DNA from: Chlorokybus atmophyticus
Lineage: Eukaryota > Plantae > Mesostigma and Chlorokybus algae
Assembly: GCA_009103225.1 (NCBI GenBank)
Contig: RHPI01003256.1
Location: forward strand, 92,091-156,090
Length of the DNA stretch: 64,000 nucleotides
Direction: 5' to 3'
The stretch's first letter is position 1; every line of letters starts with the position of its first letter. Shown here one piece after another: positions 13,220 through 23,924 of this stretch. Position numbers and translations under genes: made by a program. Under the pieces are notes generated by a model that saw only the letters and a list, made by a program, of their open reading frames with translations, ran no database searches and was not told where the DNA came from.

Positions 13220-14854
13220 ATGGAGTCTTCCAGTTCCACCACATCCCTGCGCTTCTCCGGACGTGCTGGCACCACCTCGCTGGATGAGTTCATCATCAAG
13301 TTCCACTCCAAGATGCGGCAGCAAGCTTTGAAGAACAAAGACCGGTCAGATGAGATCTCTTTCCACATTGCTGCTCAGTATCTTGATTATGAAGCACACG
13401 ATGTCTGGAAGTCCGTTGCTGAACTGCATCGAGTAGACGGCTATGGCGAGCTTGCCAGCACCATAGCATCTGCATCGCTGCACCGTCCAACAGGTGTCGT
13501 TCCACCTGCCACTTCAGTTGCAGTAACAGGCTTGTCCATAGCTGCAGCTCTCAAGCAGGCAGAGGAGGAGGAACCGGAGTTGGTACTTGTCAACTTGACC
13601 CCTGCAGAAGTTGAGTCCAAGGAGGCCACACGTCGAGTTCGCATCCTTGACCGTTCTGCCGTCATCATTGAGGAACAAAGAGCTGCACAGCAAGCGGCAG
13701 CCGCAGAGTGGGGTACTCCTCTACCTCCGGCAACACCTGGCTCTCGTGCAGGAGGCAGTACCTTCACCCTCGGGTCAGTAGCACTGCGCGCACCAGCCAT
13801 CTCCGTAGGTGCTGCCATCTCTGATTCGCCACTCAAGGACCTGTACTCTGCCTTGCGCCGCACCTTCCCTCCTCAGACCACCGGCAAGGTTGAGGAGCTA
13901 AGACGCTTTCGACGCAAGCCCAATGAGGATCCCCTCCGCTTGTACTCCAGACTGGAAGGTCTGCTGAAGGACACTGACTACAGGATTGTCAGTGAGGAGG
14001 CTGCTGCAGTGATATACGTCAATGAGTTGGATGCTGCTCTGAGCGAGTCGACACGCCTGACTCTGAACTACAGCAGGCCCCTTGGCTACACCCTCAAGGA
14101 AGCTTTCGAGACTGCACAAGCCATCCATAAGCGCGCAGTGTATGAGAAAGCGGTGCTGGACACCAACCGCAGTGCCTCACGGCCTATGGCAGGCACAAGT
14201 GCAGAGCCTCTTCGGCGGGACCGCAGCCGGGAGCCGCAAGGCATCCATTACAAGGATAAACGGTCAGCTCATGCTGCCCTTGTGGCTCCAGTGCTGTGCC
14301 ACCGGTGTGGTCGACATGGCCACTACAAAAAGGAGTGCACCGAAGATTACGGCAACCTTGTGTGCGACCACTGCCACAAGACGGGACACTTGGAGACAGT
14401 ATGCTGGCTCAAGTTCCCTGAGCTGCGGCCCCCTATTGGCTACAACAACAGCAACAACGCTGTTGGCTACCGCGGCCACAACAACCACAACAACAACGGG
14501 GGCTACAACAACAGCAACCACGCTGGCGGCCACAACAACAGCAACAACGCTGGTGGTCGCAACAACGGCAACAACGCTGGTGGCCACAACCCCAACAACA
14601 ACAACAACGCTGGCGGCCGCAAGGAAGAAGCTGGCTATAGAGGGAAAAACCGCCCTCCACAGCACAAAGGACTTGAGGGTCCTCGCGCTGGAGCTGCTGC
14701 TGTAAAGGCACCAACCAATCCACCGGCTATCGACCAAGTGGCAGCCCTGATGGCGCGCGTGGCACAGCTGGAGGAAAACAAGGAGCAGGACTATCAAGCC
14801 TGCTATGCTGCTAGGTGGGCATTGATNTCTGCTATGTTGCTAGGTGGGCATTGA
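13220..14854 (+). CDS. gag: Gag portion: capsid-like region, two CCHC zinc knuckles, Asn/Gly-rich tail
   Basis: CHRCGRHGHYKKEC and CDHCHKTGHLETVC knuckles; probably continuous with pol once the duplication around N14827 is collapsed. Confidence 0.85.
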   Translation: MESSSSTTSLRFSGRAGTTSLDEFIIKFHSKMRQQALKNKDRSDEISFHIAAQYLDYEAHDVWKSVAELHRVDGYGELASTIASASLHRPTGVVPPATSVAVTGLSIAAALKQAEEEEPELVLVNLTPAEVESKEATRRVRILDRSAVIIEEQRAAQQAAAAEWGTPLPPATPGSRAGGSTFTLGSVALRAPAISVGAAISDSPLKDLYSALRRTFPPQTTGKVEELRRFRRKPNEDPLRLYSRLEGLLKDTDYRIVSEEAAAVIYVNELDAALSESTRLTLNYSRPLGYTLKEAFETAQAIHKRAVYEKAVLDTNRSASRPMAGTSAEPLRRDRSREPQGIHYKDKRSAHAALVAPVLCHRCGRHGHYKKECTEDYGNLVCDHCHKTGHLETVCWLKFPELRPPIGYNNSNNAVGYRGHNNHNNNGGYNNSNHAGGHNNSNNAGGRNNGNNAGGHNPNNNNNAGGRKEEAGYRGKNRPPQHKGLEGPRAGAAAVKAPTNPPAIDQVAALMARVAQLEENKEQDYQACYAARWALXSAMLLGGH

Positions 14855-17800
14855 TGGCACCGAAACGGGATAGGGACACTCCCACGCCGTCACGCGTACA
14901 ACCATCCAGACGGGCGCGCAGGGAAGCTGGCGCGTCGTCAACAGCGGCATCGTCGGACGCCACAAGTGGTGCTGCCTCGGCAGCCACAACCACCGCTGGG
15001 ACGACGCCGTCGACGACACCGTCGGCGTCCACACCGACGGTGACAGCAGGTGTCAGCACTCTTGGCACCACACTGTTCCCGGTGATGGAAAGCACCCACC
15101 CCGCAGCAACCATGGTCATTGGGTTCGTAAATGGTGAATCCACCACTCCTGCCTCCATCGGAGCGACCACATCAACCGCAACTGCTGCCACCCTCACAGC
15201 CGCCACCTCAGTGACGACGACTGCGGCAGGGGCCACCACCATCGCCTCCAGTAGTGCTGCCATACCCACCGCACCACTTCCTGAGGGCCGGACGGCACCG
15301 CCACCAGCATTGGACGTCACACATCAAGTGCCACGCGGGCCGCAAGCAGAACGCGCCTGGGCGTCGATTCTACGCAACGTGGAGCCCACCACTATTGCGT
15401 ACGGACCAGGGGGGCAACGCACCACGCGCGTGGCACACGATGATCGCATCTTGCCCCTACCACCGCCAGAATACCACACGCTGCCGGAACCCACACAACA
15501 GCAGCTGGAGGATGAAATCCTCGCCGGCACTGCACCAGAGATGAGGGATCGTCTGTTCGGGGTCACGTATCGCCGACCTGCGGTGTTGGAACTGGCCATC
15601 CAGTTATTCCTGGCATTACACGCACGGTTGCAGGGCGCACCCAGTCAATCGCGACAGCCCATGCCCGCTCAACAGATCGACTTCGAGCCTTCGCCACTGG
15701 ACCCACTCGGCCTCCAGCGACACAAACTCCAAGACCTCGTGGTCACGATGTCTGACATCGCGCTGGGCGCTGATCCCGCCCTCCGGGGGCTCACTCCAGG
15801 CAGTCGTCAAGAGCGTTTCTCTGCACTCGAACAGGTCCATCGGTATCGCATGGACCAAGCTGCCCAAGTGGACGCGCGACGACAAGCGTACGAAGCAGCA
15901 CACGCCGTTATCGTACCAACCATAGCGCCAGCACATGTTGCCAGCGCCTCCACGGCGCCGACCACAGCACACTCCACGGCGATCGCCATTGAGCAGCCGG
16001 GACACGCAACTATTGCAGACCAAGCGAGGGCGTTGGCGCAACAATTGAGGGGAGTAATCGCCCCGCTGCTGCCTCCTTTGGTCGAAGACATGCCTGAGGA
16101 TCAACGCGATGCAGGGCGAGGGTACCTCACCCCGCAAGGGGACACCACACAACGAGGAGGAGCTGGTATGGTGGGGGAGCAACAACTCCGTACCGCACTC
16201 ATCCGGCAAGCGGTCATGTTGCACAGGCCTGAGGGCAACACATTAAGACAGATGATGGGGATGCAAGAGGGCAGTGCCGCTCGAGCTCGTCTCGTGACAT
16301 GGCTCGTTGCCAATCACCCTGCTGTCCCCCTGTTTGCCTTTGGCAACCGAGCATCATGGTTGGGGGCATTCGTTCGTTCGCTGCAACAAGCATACGACGA
16401 GGCTGCCACCACAGCCCCGGACACGCTGGAGGGAGTGCAAGAGGCAATGCTTCGGCTGCCAGGGGTGGAAGCCGCACGGCAACGGTGGCGCATCGCCATT
16501 GCTCATGAGCTACACGCACAGCAGACTGACCTCCAGCGCACCCTACGTGCTCGCGTCATGACTGTGCTCGATGTGGGAGTGGTACAAGGAAGGTGGGATG
16601 CCTACATGGCAGGGATCCTACGAGTCCCCACCATTACTCACGACATGCGGCGACAGCTACTACGCGCCGTATACCTGCAGCCCATGCCTCAATATCATCA
16701 TTGGACCGACACGGACACCGAGCCCACGGCCACGTGGGAAGGGACATTGGTCAGAGAAGCGGCTCATGCTGTGCGATGGACGTACGCCGCGGAGCAAGCT
16801 GAACGCGAGGCAGGCCCACAAACACCGGGTCCGCCGGGGTTCCCTCCACAGCCACTGAGTACGCCCGCGGGCATGGTTCCAGCTTCGCAGAGGCGTCATC
16901 CACCTACGCCGCCACCACAACCGGCGCCGGAACCTCCAGCACCGAGGCCCCCCCGTGTCTACCAACCACCTCGACAAGGTCGGTTCGGCCGAGGAAGAGG
17001 GCAAGGAGGGGGTTCTCCGGATCCAGCAGGCAGAGGAGCTCTGGCTGCCATGCGCTCAGCATCTCCAACTGAGACAACTGAGTCAGAGGAACAGACACCT
17101 CGTATGAAGAGGTTGCGTATCGACGCCAACGCTGCCATGGTGGCCAACCAAGGCAAGCACGTTACCATCAACGGTCTGGCACCCAAGCGGGTAATGTTGG
17201 ACACCGGAGCACAGCCTGTCATCATCGGGCGCTTCCTCGCGCGGTCCCTAGGCATAACCAGTTCCGACTTGGTGCCTTGCCCGTACGTGTTGGACACTTC
17301 CACAGGTAGCCGGGATAAGGTGATGGGAGTCACCAGGGAGGCCTTTTGCATTCGGTTGACAGTGCTGGACCCAACCCACACAACCGAGATCGTCCAGCAA
17401 TGCGTGGTCACCAATGCCGGCTCCTTCGACTTTCTGCTTGGGCAGGATTTCAACTTCCCTGTGGGCATGGGCCTCGACTGCTGGTCAGAACGAGCGTGGT
17501 TTCGGCCACATTGGGATGAGGATGACGGAGAGGTACAAGGTTTCCTGCCTCTCGAGTTGGTCTCGCGCACGCGCGCCCAACGCAAAATGGCTGCCATGGC
17601 CACACGCAGACACGCCCGCACCCGTAAGGCTGTAATGGCCATATACGACGGTGCTTGGACGCAAGTCGCTGCTGGTGCCACAACCCCGTGTCAAACCGGC
17701 GACCCCTCTCCCATCTCGTACAACGAGGAGCAGGAGGATGCCACCGTGGAAGTAGCATTACAAGAACCAGCTGAACGGCGCTGGCGCGCACAGGTGGACG

Positions 17801-20800
17801 CACACATCTTGCTCAGCCACCCACTGATCACCACGCGCTTCCCCAACTACCGAAGCCACGCCAAAGTGCAGGACCACCATATGGTGGCCACTGGAGTGGT
17901 GGAATTCCACACCTTTTGCAGACAACAGGGCATCACAGTGTTGGAGCTGTTTGGAGGCATTGGCAGTGGTCTTGCTGCGGTCCTCAACACGGGCGTGAAG
18001 GTTACCAAATACTATTACTGCGACCCAGACCCACACGCGCAAACGGGCCTCAAGCACCACTTACGCCAACTGCACACCAGGTATCCACGTCAACTACCCC
18101 TCTCGGCGTTGCAAGGCAGCCTCAAAGCATTGCGACATGACGTCCGGCTGATCACTGAAGATCACCTACTGTCCCTCGGCAACGTCGACCTGTTAATAGC
18201 TGGATGGGAATGCCAAGGGCACTCCAGGGCAGGCAAGGGACAAGGCCTCGCCAACCCTCGCTCCAGGTTGTTCTGGGAGCTAATGAGGATCATCCACCTC
18301 CTTCAACACCACCAGATCTCCAGACCCCTGGGGTACGTCATCGAAAATGTGCATTCAGAGGACGACAAGCGTCCGCACGTGGCCTCCAGCTACCGACAAG
18401 TTTGCTCCATTCTGGGGCACCCACTCAAGGTGAACGCGGCACGACATGGCTCGCGCGCACATCGTGTACGTGCCAAATGGACAAAAAACTTGGCCACCGT
18501 GGAGGAGCTCATGACCGCCGAATGCACGCGCAGCGCTCGGCCGCGCAACCTGCTGGTCGACGACATCCTTGACCCCGGCCGCACAGCACAACCTGTCCTG
18601 CATCATGACCACAACCACTTCTACCAGTGCAATCAGCCTGGTCAGCCCCGTCGCGCACTCCCCACCTTGGTGTCCTACCCGAGCTCCTACGCATTTCGGA
18701 ATGGTGGTGACGGGATGGTATTTGATGCAACCACCAACACGTTGGAAGAACCCAACGCACGCGAACGTGAACGCGCCATGGGCTTCTTCCCCAACAGCAT
18801 CACAGGTTCATCGCTGACGGACAATCAGCAATGCCAGCTGCTTGGTCGCGCCATGGACCAGAACAGCATGGTATGGCTGCTGGAGCTGAGCTTCGCGTTG
18901 CAGGGCCGCCACGTGTCCTTCGAGAATCTCGAATACTTGGCTGGGGGGTGGGCTGATCGCATCGACACCAAGGCAGCTCACACAGCTCTCGAGGTGGTCC
19001 ACATGGAGGAGCAAGCGGCAGTGACAGTGGAGGACATTCCTGTGGTTGCCAATGCGACCTCCTGGGACCATGCCATTGGTCCGTTGGCCATGGAAGACAC
19101 TCGAGAGAAGCTGGAGACTCTCCTCAATGAATGGAGGAGCCAATTCAGCTTCAATGTGAAGGAATTGGGTACATGTTCGGTGTACCAGATGGACATCGAG
19201 CTAGTGGACACTGAGCCGGTGTTCCGGCGACAATACAGGCTCTCCAAGTTGGAAGAAGACTTGGTGGAACAGAGATGTAAGGCGCTGCTGGATGCAGGCC
19301 TTATCGAAGAGTCCACATCGGACTTCGCAGCAGCAACCGTCATGCCCCTGAAGAAGGATTCAGCAGGCAACTGGACAGAGCGACGCATGTGTGGCGACTA
19401 TCGTCCCCTCAACAACAAGACCAAGCAAGACCGGTACCCCATGCCCACAGCAGAGGGTATTTTTGATGATGTGGGAGACTGCACAGTCTTCAGCATCCTG
19501 GACATGCGTCAGGGGTACAACCAGATCGCCATCAAGGACGAGGACAAGCACAAGACCTCCTCCTGGGGCAACCGACAGTTGTACCAATGGAAGTTAATGC
19601 CGTTCGGGCTGAAGAATGCCCCCGCCAAGTTTCAACGCGTCATGGACAAAGCCTTGAAGGGGTTGGACTGCGCGCGGTGCTACATCGATGACATCCTCAT
19701 CTTCAGCCGCAGCAACGAGGAGCATCTTCAGCACATCGAAGCGGTGCTGGAACGACTCAAGGGAGTGGGGATGACCGTACACCCCGACAAGTGTACCTTC
19801 TTCACCCACAAGGTGCCGTACTTAGGGCACATGATTGTGCCCCATGGTGTGTATGTGCAGCAGGCAAAAGTAGAGGCGCTGGCAGCTATCCCTGCCTCGA
19901 CAGACCTCACGCGCCTGCGCGCTTTTTTGGGACTTGCCAACTATTATCGCCGATTCGTGAAGGACTTCGCGAAGATCGCAAGGCCCCTCAACGAGCTACT
20001 GAAAAAGGAGGTGGAGTTCGCGTGGAAGGAGCCGCAACAGCAGGCCTTCGAGGAGCTGAAGAGCAGACTCACCAGCGCTCCCATCCTTCAACGTCCGGAC
20101 TACGCCAAGCCTTTCATCCTTCACACCGACTGGAGCAAGCTGGGGATGGGAGCGGTGCTGGTGCAGCACGATGAGAACAAGAAGGAGCGGGTGGTGTCAT
20201 ACGCCAGCCGAAGCAACAACAGCGCCGAGGCCAACTACAGCAGCTACGAAGGGGAGTGCCTCGCTGCGGTGTGGGCCATCTCCTTCTTCCGACCTTTCCT
20301 CTGTGGTCGACAGTTCCAACTGATCACCGATCATCAGCCCCTCAAGTGGCTGATGACCAACCAACATCTGACAGGGAAACTTGCTCGATGGGCCCTGCTG
20401 TTACAGGAATACGACTTCGAGATTGACCACCGCGCTGGCCTCACCAACCAAGACGCCGATGGCCTCAGTCGCAACCCCCACCTCAGCACCAACGACGCAA
20501 CTGGAGCGCGGCATGAGCTCATCCCTGCAGCAACAACTCCCACCATGGCAGCCATGTTTGCTGCTGCCGCGTTGCGCTCAGGGCGCAAGACCAACCCCAC
20601 AACCTCAGCAGTGGTAGAGGAGATTCCTGCCCTTGAGTCTACCGACCCTGCGGCAATCAATCCCTTGGGGGACGCCCACGCAGCCGACATTGACGTCGAG
20701 GACACAGAGCTGGCGCCCACTGACACCAGGCAGGACATATGGCACGACAAGCCATCACTCTCCTTTCTTCAACGTGGCCATCTCCCCTCTGGCATGAGCG

Positions 20801-22197
20801 CTCGAGAGAAGGACCGGGTCAACCAACGCACCTGTCACTATCGATGGGCAGGTGACAAGCTGTATCGCCGCTTCCACGACGAAGACAAGGAAGTGCCGAC
20901 ACCAGTCACACGCGAGGACATCATCACTTCCCTCCACACTGAGCTTAGACACTTTGGTGTCAAGCGCACAGTCAGTCTAGTGAGAGCACAATATTGGTGG
21001 CATGGATTAACAAAACAGGTGCAAAGGTTCGTCAGCCACTGCCAGCAGTGTGACATGGTGCGCGCCAGCCTCAACACGCGTAGCGCCACCTTGCACCCAC
21101 TCCCCATCTCCGGTCTCTTTTACCGATGGGGACTCGACATCTTGGGGGACTTGGCACCCTCAGCACGTGGCAACCGTTACATCCTGGTCATGATTGAGCA
21201 CTTCTCCAAATGGGTGGAGCTGGTGCCATTACCCGACAAGAGCAGCAGGGGGGTGTCTCAAGCCTTCCTCTCTCACGTTCTCAGCCGCTTTGGCAGCTGC
21301 GCCGAGGTCATCACCGACCAAGGTACTGAGTTCAGAGGGGAATTCGACACCCTCCTGGACAAATGTTACATCGACCACCGCCGTACCTCGCGTGATCACT
21401 CTCAAGCCGACGGCCTCGCCGAGCGGACGGTACAGACCATCAAGAAGGCACTCCGCAAATACGTGTTGGAGTACAAGAAGGACACTTGGGATGACCACCT
21501 CCCATGGGTGGCCCTTGGGTATCGGTTGTCAAAACAGGCGGCTCTGCGGGAGTACAGCCCGTACTACCTGCTGTTTGGGCGATCACCATTGCTCCCCTTC
21601 CGTGCGCAACAGGAGGTGGATTGCGTCGTGAACAACCTCGACGACCCTGACTGGATGCACCACGACATCACCACGCGCGCCGCACTTTTCGAGCGCACCG
21701 TCCCCATGGCCTTCAACAATCTGCGCATCGCGCAGCATCGCGACACGCTGCGCTACGAGCGCGTACGCAGCGGCTTTTACAAGGAGCGCCAACGGCGATT
21801 CCAAGCGGGGGACTTTGCCTATCGCATGGCAGCCACCAAAGACACGCTTGACACCTCCGTAGGCCGCACCGTCTACAAGGTACTCAAAGTGTACCCCACA
21901 GGGGTGCTGGACCTCCTTGGTCAAAACGGAGAAAGGTTGAAGGACAACATGGTGAACTGTGCGCCATGTCACCTCCCTTACGTAGCTGGCTTCGGGCGTG
22001 TCCAGCACCCTCGTCCTGCGCGCAGCACACGCTGTGAACACTGCGGCAGCGCCGGCAACGACGCACTCATGATGCTCTGCGATGGCTGCAACAAAGGCCT
22101 GCATTGCTACTGCCTGGAGCCACCTGTGGACACGATACCTATGGAAGAATATTGGTGCGACGACTGCCGTACCAACGGCCCTCCTCACTTGCGCTAG
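14815..22197 (+). CDS. pol: Pol polyprotein: unknown domain, aspartic protease, C5 DNA methyltransferase, RT, RNase H, integrase, PHD finger
   Basis: 2460-codon open frame: MLDTGAQ (about 17190); LELFGGIG, GWECQG, IENV, HRVR (17940-18480); CGDYRPLN, MPFGLKNAP, YIDDILIFS; HTDWS, TDHQPL; HHCC plus D-D-E (GLDI, TDQG, AERT); C4HC3 PHD at about 22030-22170. Confidence 0.95.
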   Translation: MGIDXCYVARWALMAPKRDRDTPTPSRVQPSRRARREAGASSTAASSDATSGAASAATTTAGTTPSTTPSASTPTVTAGVSTLGTTLFPVMESTHPAATMVIGFVNGESTTPASIGATTSTATAATLTAATSVTTTAAGATTIASSSAAIPTAPLPEGRTAPPPALDVTHQVPRGPQAERAWASILRNVEPTTIAYGPGGQRTTRVAHDDRILPLPPPEYHTLPEPTQQQLEDEILAGTAPEMRDRLFGVTYRRPAVLELAIQLFLALHARLQGAPSQSRQPMPAQQIDFEPSPLDPLGLQRHKLQDLVVTMSDIALGADPALRGLTPGSRQERFSALEQVHRYRMDQAAQVDARRQAYEAAHAVIVPTIAPAHVASASTAPTTAHSTAIAIEQPGHATIADQARALAQQLRGVIAPLLPPLVEDMPEDQRDAGRGYLTPQGDTTQRGGAGMVGEQQLRTALIRQAVMLHRPEGNTLRQMMGMQEGSAARARLVTWLVANHPAVPLFAFGNRASWLGAFVRSLQQAYDEAATTAPDTLEGVQEAMLRLPGVEAARQRWRIAIAHELHAQQTDLQRTLRARVMTVLDVGVVQGRWDAYMAGILRVPTITHDMRRQLLRAVYLQPMPQYHHWTDTDTEPTATWEGTLVREAAHAVRWTYAAEQAEREAGPQTPGPPGFPPQPLSTPAGMVPASQRRHPPTPPPQPAPEPPAPRPPRVYQPPRQGRFGRGRGQGGGSPDPAGRGALAAMRSASPTETTESEEQTPRMKRLRIDANAAMVANQGKHVTINGLAPKRVMLDTGAQPVIIGRFLARSLGITSSDLVPCPYVLDTSTGSRDKVMGVTREAFCIRLTVLDPTHTTEIVQQCVVTNAGSFDFLLGQDFNFPVGMGLDCWSERAWFRPHWDEDDGEVQGFLPLELVSRTRAQRKMAAMATRRHARTRKAVMAIYDGAWTQVAAGATTPCQTGDPSPISYNEEQEDATVEVALQEPAERRWRAQVDAHILLSHPLITTRFPNYRSHAKVQDHHMVATGVVEFHTFCRQQGITVLELFGGIGSGLAAVLNTGVKVTKYYYCDPDPHAQTGLKHHLRQLHTRYPRQLPLSALQGSLKALRHDVRLITEDHLLSLGNVDLLIAGWECQGHSRAGKGQGLANPRSRLFWELMRIIHLLQHHQISRPLGYVIENVHSEDDKRPHVASSYRQVCSILGHPLKVNAARHGSRAHRVRAKWTKNLATVEELMTAECTRSARPRNLLVDDILDPGRTAQPVLHHDHNHFYQCNQPGQPRRALPTLVSYPSSYAFRNGGDGMVFDATTNTLEEPNARERERAMGFFPNSITGSSLTDNQQCQLLGRAMDQNSMVWLLELSFALQGRHVSFENLEYLAGGWADRIDTKAAHTALEVVHMEEQAAVTVEDIPVVANATSWDHAIGPLAMEDTREKLETLLNEWRSQFSFNVKELGTCSVYQMDIELVDTEPVFRRQYRLSKLEEDLVEQRCKALLDAGLIEESTSDFAAATVMPLKKDSAGNWTERRMCGDYRPLNNKTKQDRYPMPTAEGIFDDVGDCTVFSILDMRQGYNQIAIKDEDKHKTSSWGNRQLYQWKLMPFGLKNAPAKFQRVMDKALKGLDCARCYIDDILIFSRSNEEHLQHIEAVLERLKGVGMTVHPDKCTFFTHKVPYLGHMIVPHGVYVQQAKVEALAAIPASTDLTRLRAFLGLANYYRRFVKDFAKIARPLNELLKKEVEFAWKEPQQQAFEELKSRLTSAPILQRPDYAKPFILHTDWSKLGMGAVLVQHDENKKERVVSYASRSNNSAEANYSSYEGECLAAVWAISFFRPFLCGRQFQLITDHQPLKWLMTNQHLTGKLARWALLLQEYDFEIDHRAGLTNQDADGLSRNPHLSTNDATGARHELIPAATTPTMAAMFAAAALRSGRKTNPTTSAVVEEIPALESTDPAAINPLGDAHAADIDVEDTELAPTDTRQDIWHDKPSLSFLQRGHLPSGMSAREKDRVNQRTCHYRWAGDKLYRRFHDEDKEVPTPVTREDIITSLHTELRHFGVKRTVSLVRAQYWWHGLTKQVQRFVSHCQQCDMVRASLNTRSATLHPLPISGLFYRWGLDILGDLAPSARGNRYILVMIEHFSKWVELVPLPDKSSRGVSQAFLSHVLSRFGSCAEVITDQGTEFRGEFDTLLDKCYIDHRRTSRDHSQADGLAERTVQTIKKALRKYVLEYKKDTWDDHLPWVALGYRLSKQAALREYSPYYLLFGRSPLLPFRAQQEVDCVVNNLDDPDWMHHDITTRAALFERTVPMAFNNLRIAQHRDTLRYERVRSGFYKERQRRFQAGDFAYRMAATKDTLDTSVGRTVYKVLKVYPTGVLDLLGQNGERLKDNMVNCAPCHLPYVAGFGRVQHPRPARSTRCEHCGSAGNDALMMLCDGCNKGLHCYCLEPPVDTIPMEEYWCDDCRTNGPPHLR

Positions 22198-23924
22198 CAG
22201 CTGAGCTCTGGAGCTGGAACCTTCCCCAGAGCCCAGGGGGGGTGGCTTGTTGACTCTGTATGCTACGGCACAGCATGTTCTTAGGGAAAACACCGACTCC
22301 ATCTGCCCGTACTACCCAGCAGCAGCACCCCAGCTGCACGAAGCACTTGTCACCATGAGGGTGGAGGTCATCTTTCTGTTCTTGCTACGCGTCACCCAGG
22401 TGGCGCAGCAGCATGTCCAGCACAGTATGGCTGTCCATGCAGCTGTCCGAGACAGCGTGACCCTCGACTCCCCTCGACCCGACACCTCGTAATGGCCATG
22501 GGGGATTGCGAGCATTGCCATAAGTGGTAGGCATATGCTTGCCACCTTTGCAGCATCAAGTAACCCATTGTTCTTGTGGGGCCACAATCCCAATGCAATG
22601 CAAATTCACAGAGCACGCTGCACCTCTTGCACATAAGAAGGAGATTGTCAAACGCGCCTAAATCTGCAATAGTAAACCAAAAAGCTTAGTTATTATATTA
22701 GTGTTATTGTAATACAAGTATGAAACGAGCTCATGTTCAAGGTGAAAATATCAAATACGAAAACGGATTGACAATGTTGATCAATTATCTGTGATAATAA
22801 TTGTCCAAGACATATTAGCTATTAATCAGCTTGCATTTACGGTTGGTATTACTTGCAAATTTTCATACGATATGGAATTTGTACAAGCCCTGTACATGCT
22901 TGCCGGTTTAATACATTAGTGGTGCGGTTGGTTGCGGACATTTCATTTACATAAACCTACCCTGCTGCGCCTTAAGGTAGTGACCGTGCTCCTTAAAGTA
23001 ACCGCAACGAAGATGACGACTTTGCTAAGGAACACATGCGGATTGTGCATGACGGGGCCGCAGTCCAAACATAAACAAGTTGCATGTTGCGGCGCATTAT
23101 GCTTGTCCGTCACAAGGATCAAGTATAATATGAACACTCGCCAGCCATCTGGACGGTCAAGACACGTCGTTAGGCAAGAATGTCTTGATCGACGTGTCGG
23201 GTATGAGGCGAGCCCTTGGTCTCCTTGTAACGCGTTGAGCACCATGCCGTTTACATCATGCATGGCATGCAGCTCAAAGCCAACGAAGTGAACGCCATTT
23301 GGGCGAGAACAATTTTAAAAGTACTAGCAAATAATAATGCTCATAATGGTGGCCTCAGGCATAGAGTTGCTGTTTTGAATGAAATTGAACATCCCCCCTT
23401 TAACACAACGCCACGCACCATCAACCATTGCGATGGTCCGGTAGTTGCAACCAAAAGCGCATCAATGACACGATGCTGCGGCGATATGTCCTGTGCCAAT
23501 TTAGCGTGAAAACAGGTACACTGTGACAACATGCATAGTATGCACACCATATTAATCCATCGATTGCAACCCATCCAACCGATCGAAGTTTCAAACTTGC
23601 CACCTAAGTAGCAGCACCCATGGCAGAAAGCCGTTCTGCACCAGGGTTCCACGAAATTGAACTGCCAGTGTCCCAGGTACGATCAGCCGCGCCAAAGAGG
23701 CCGCGCCGAAAACCTGGTCTAATAGGATCCGCGCCAATTATGACGCGGATGCATGGCCGCAGACGTCCGCACCATGGTCTATTTCTGGTTCGGCCGATCA
23801 CCAATCTGCAACCAGCCTACGGCACAGTGCCGCCGCAATCCAAGCGTCCACGATTGCGAACCGCGCTTGGTAAAACATTTGTACCAGGCCGCGCGGCCTC
23901 TGGTGCATATATCCTGGTCCAAAC

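Larger units (their letters stand above)
12179..22650 (+). mobile_element. Ty3/gypsy LTR-retrotransposon-type element carrying DNMT and PHD domains; ends approximate, no matching LTR pair seen
   Basis: Domain order gag-PR-(DNMT)-RT-RH-INT; purine tract AGGGGGGG at 22235-22242 followed by TGTTGAC (22248); abrupt AT-rich to GC-rich change at about 12179. Confidence 0.85.

Noticed and set aside
14800-14860. Programmed ribosomal frameshift between gag and pol
   Set aside because: No slippery heptamer; the offset is explained by a duplicated 27-mer around a lone N.
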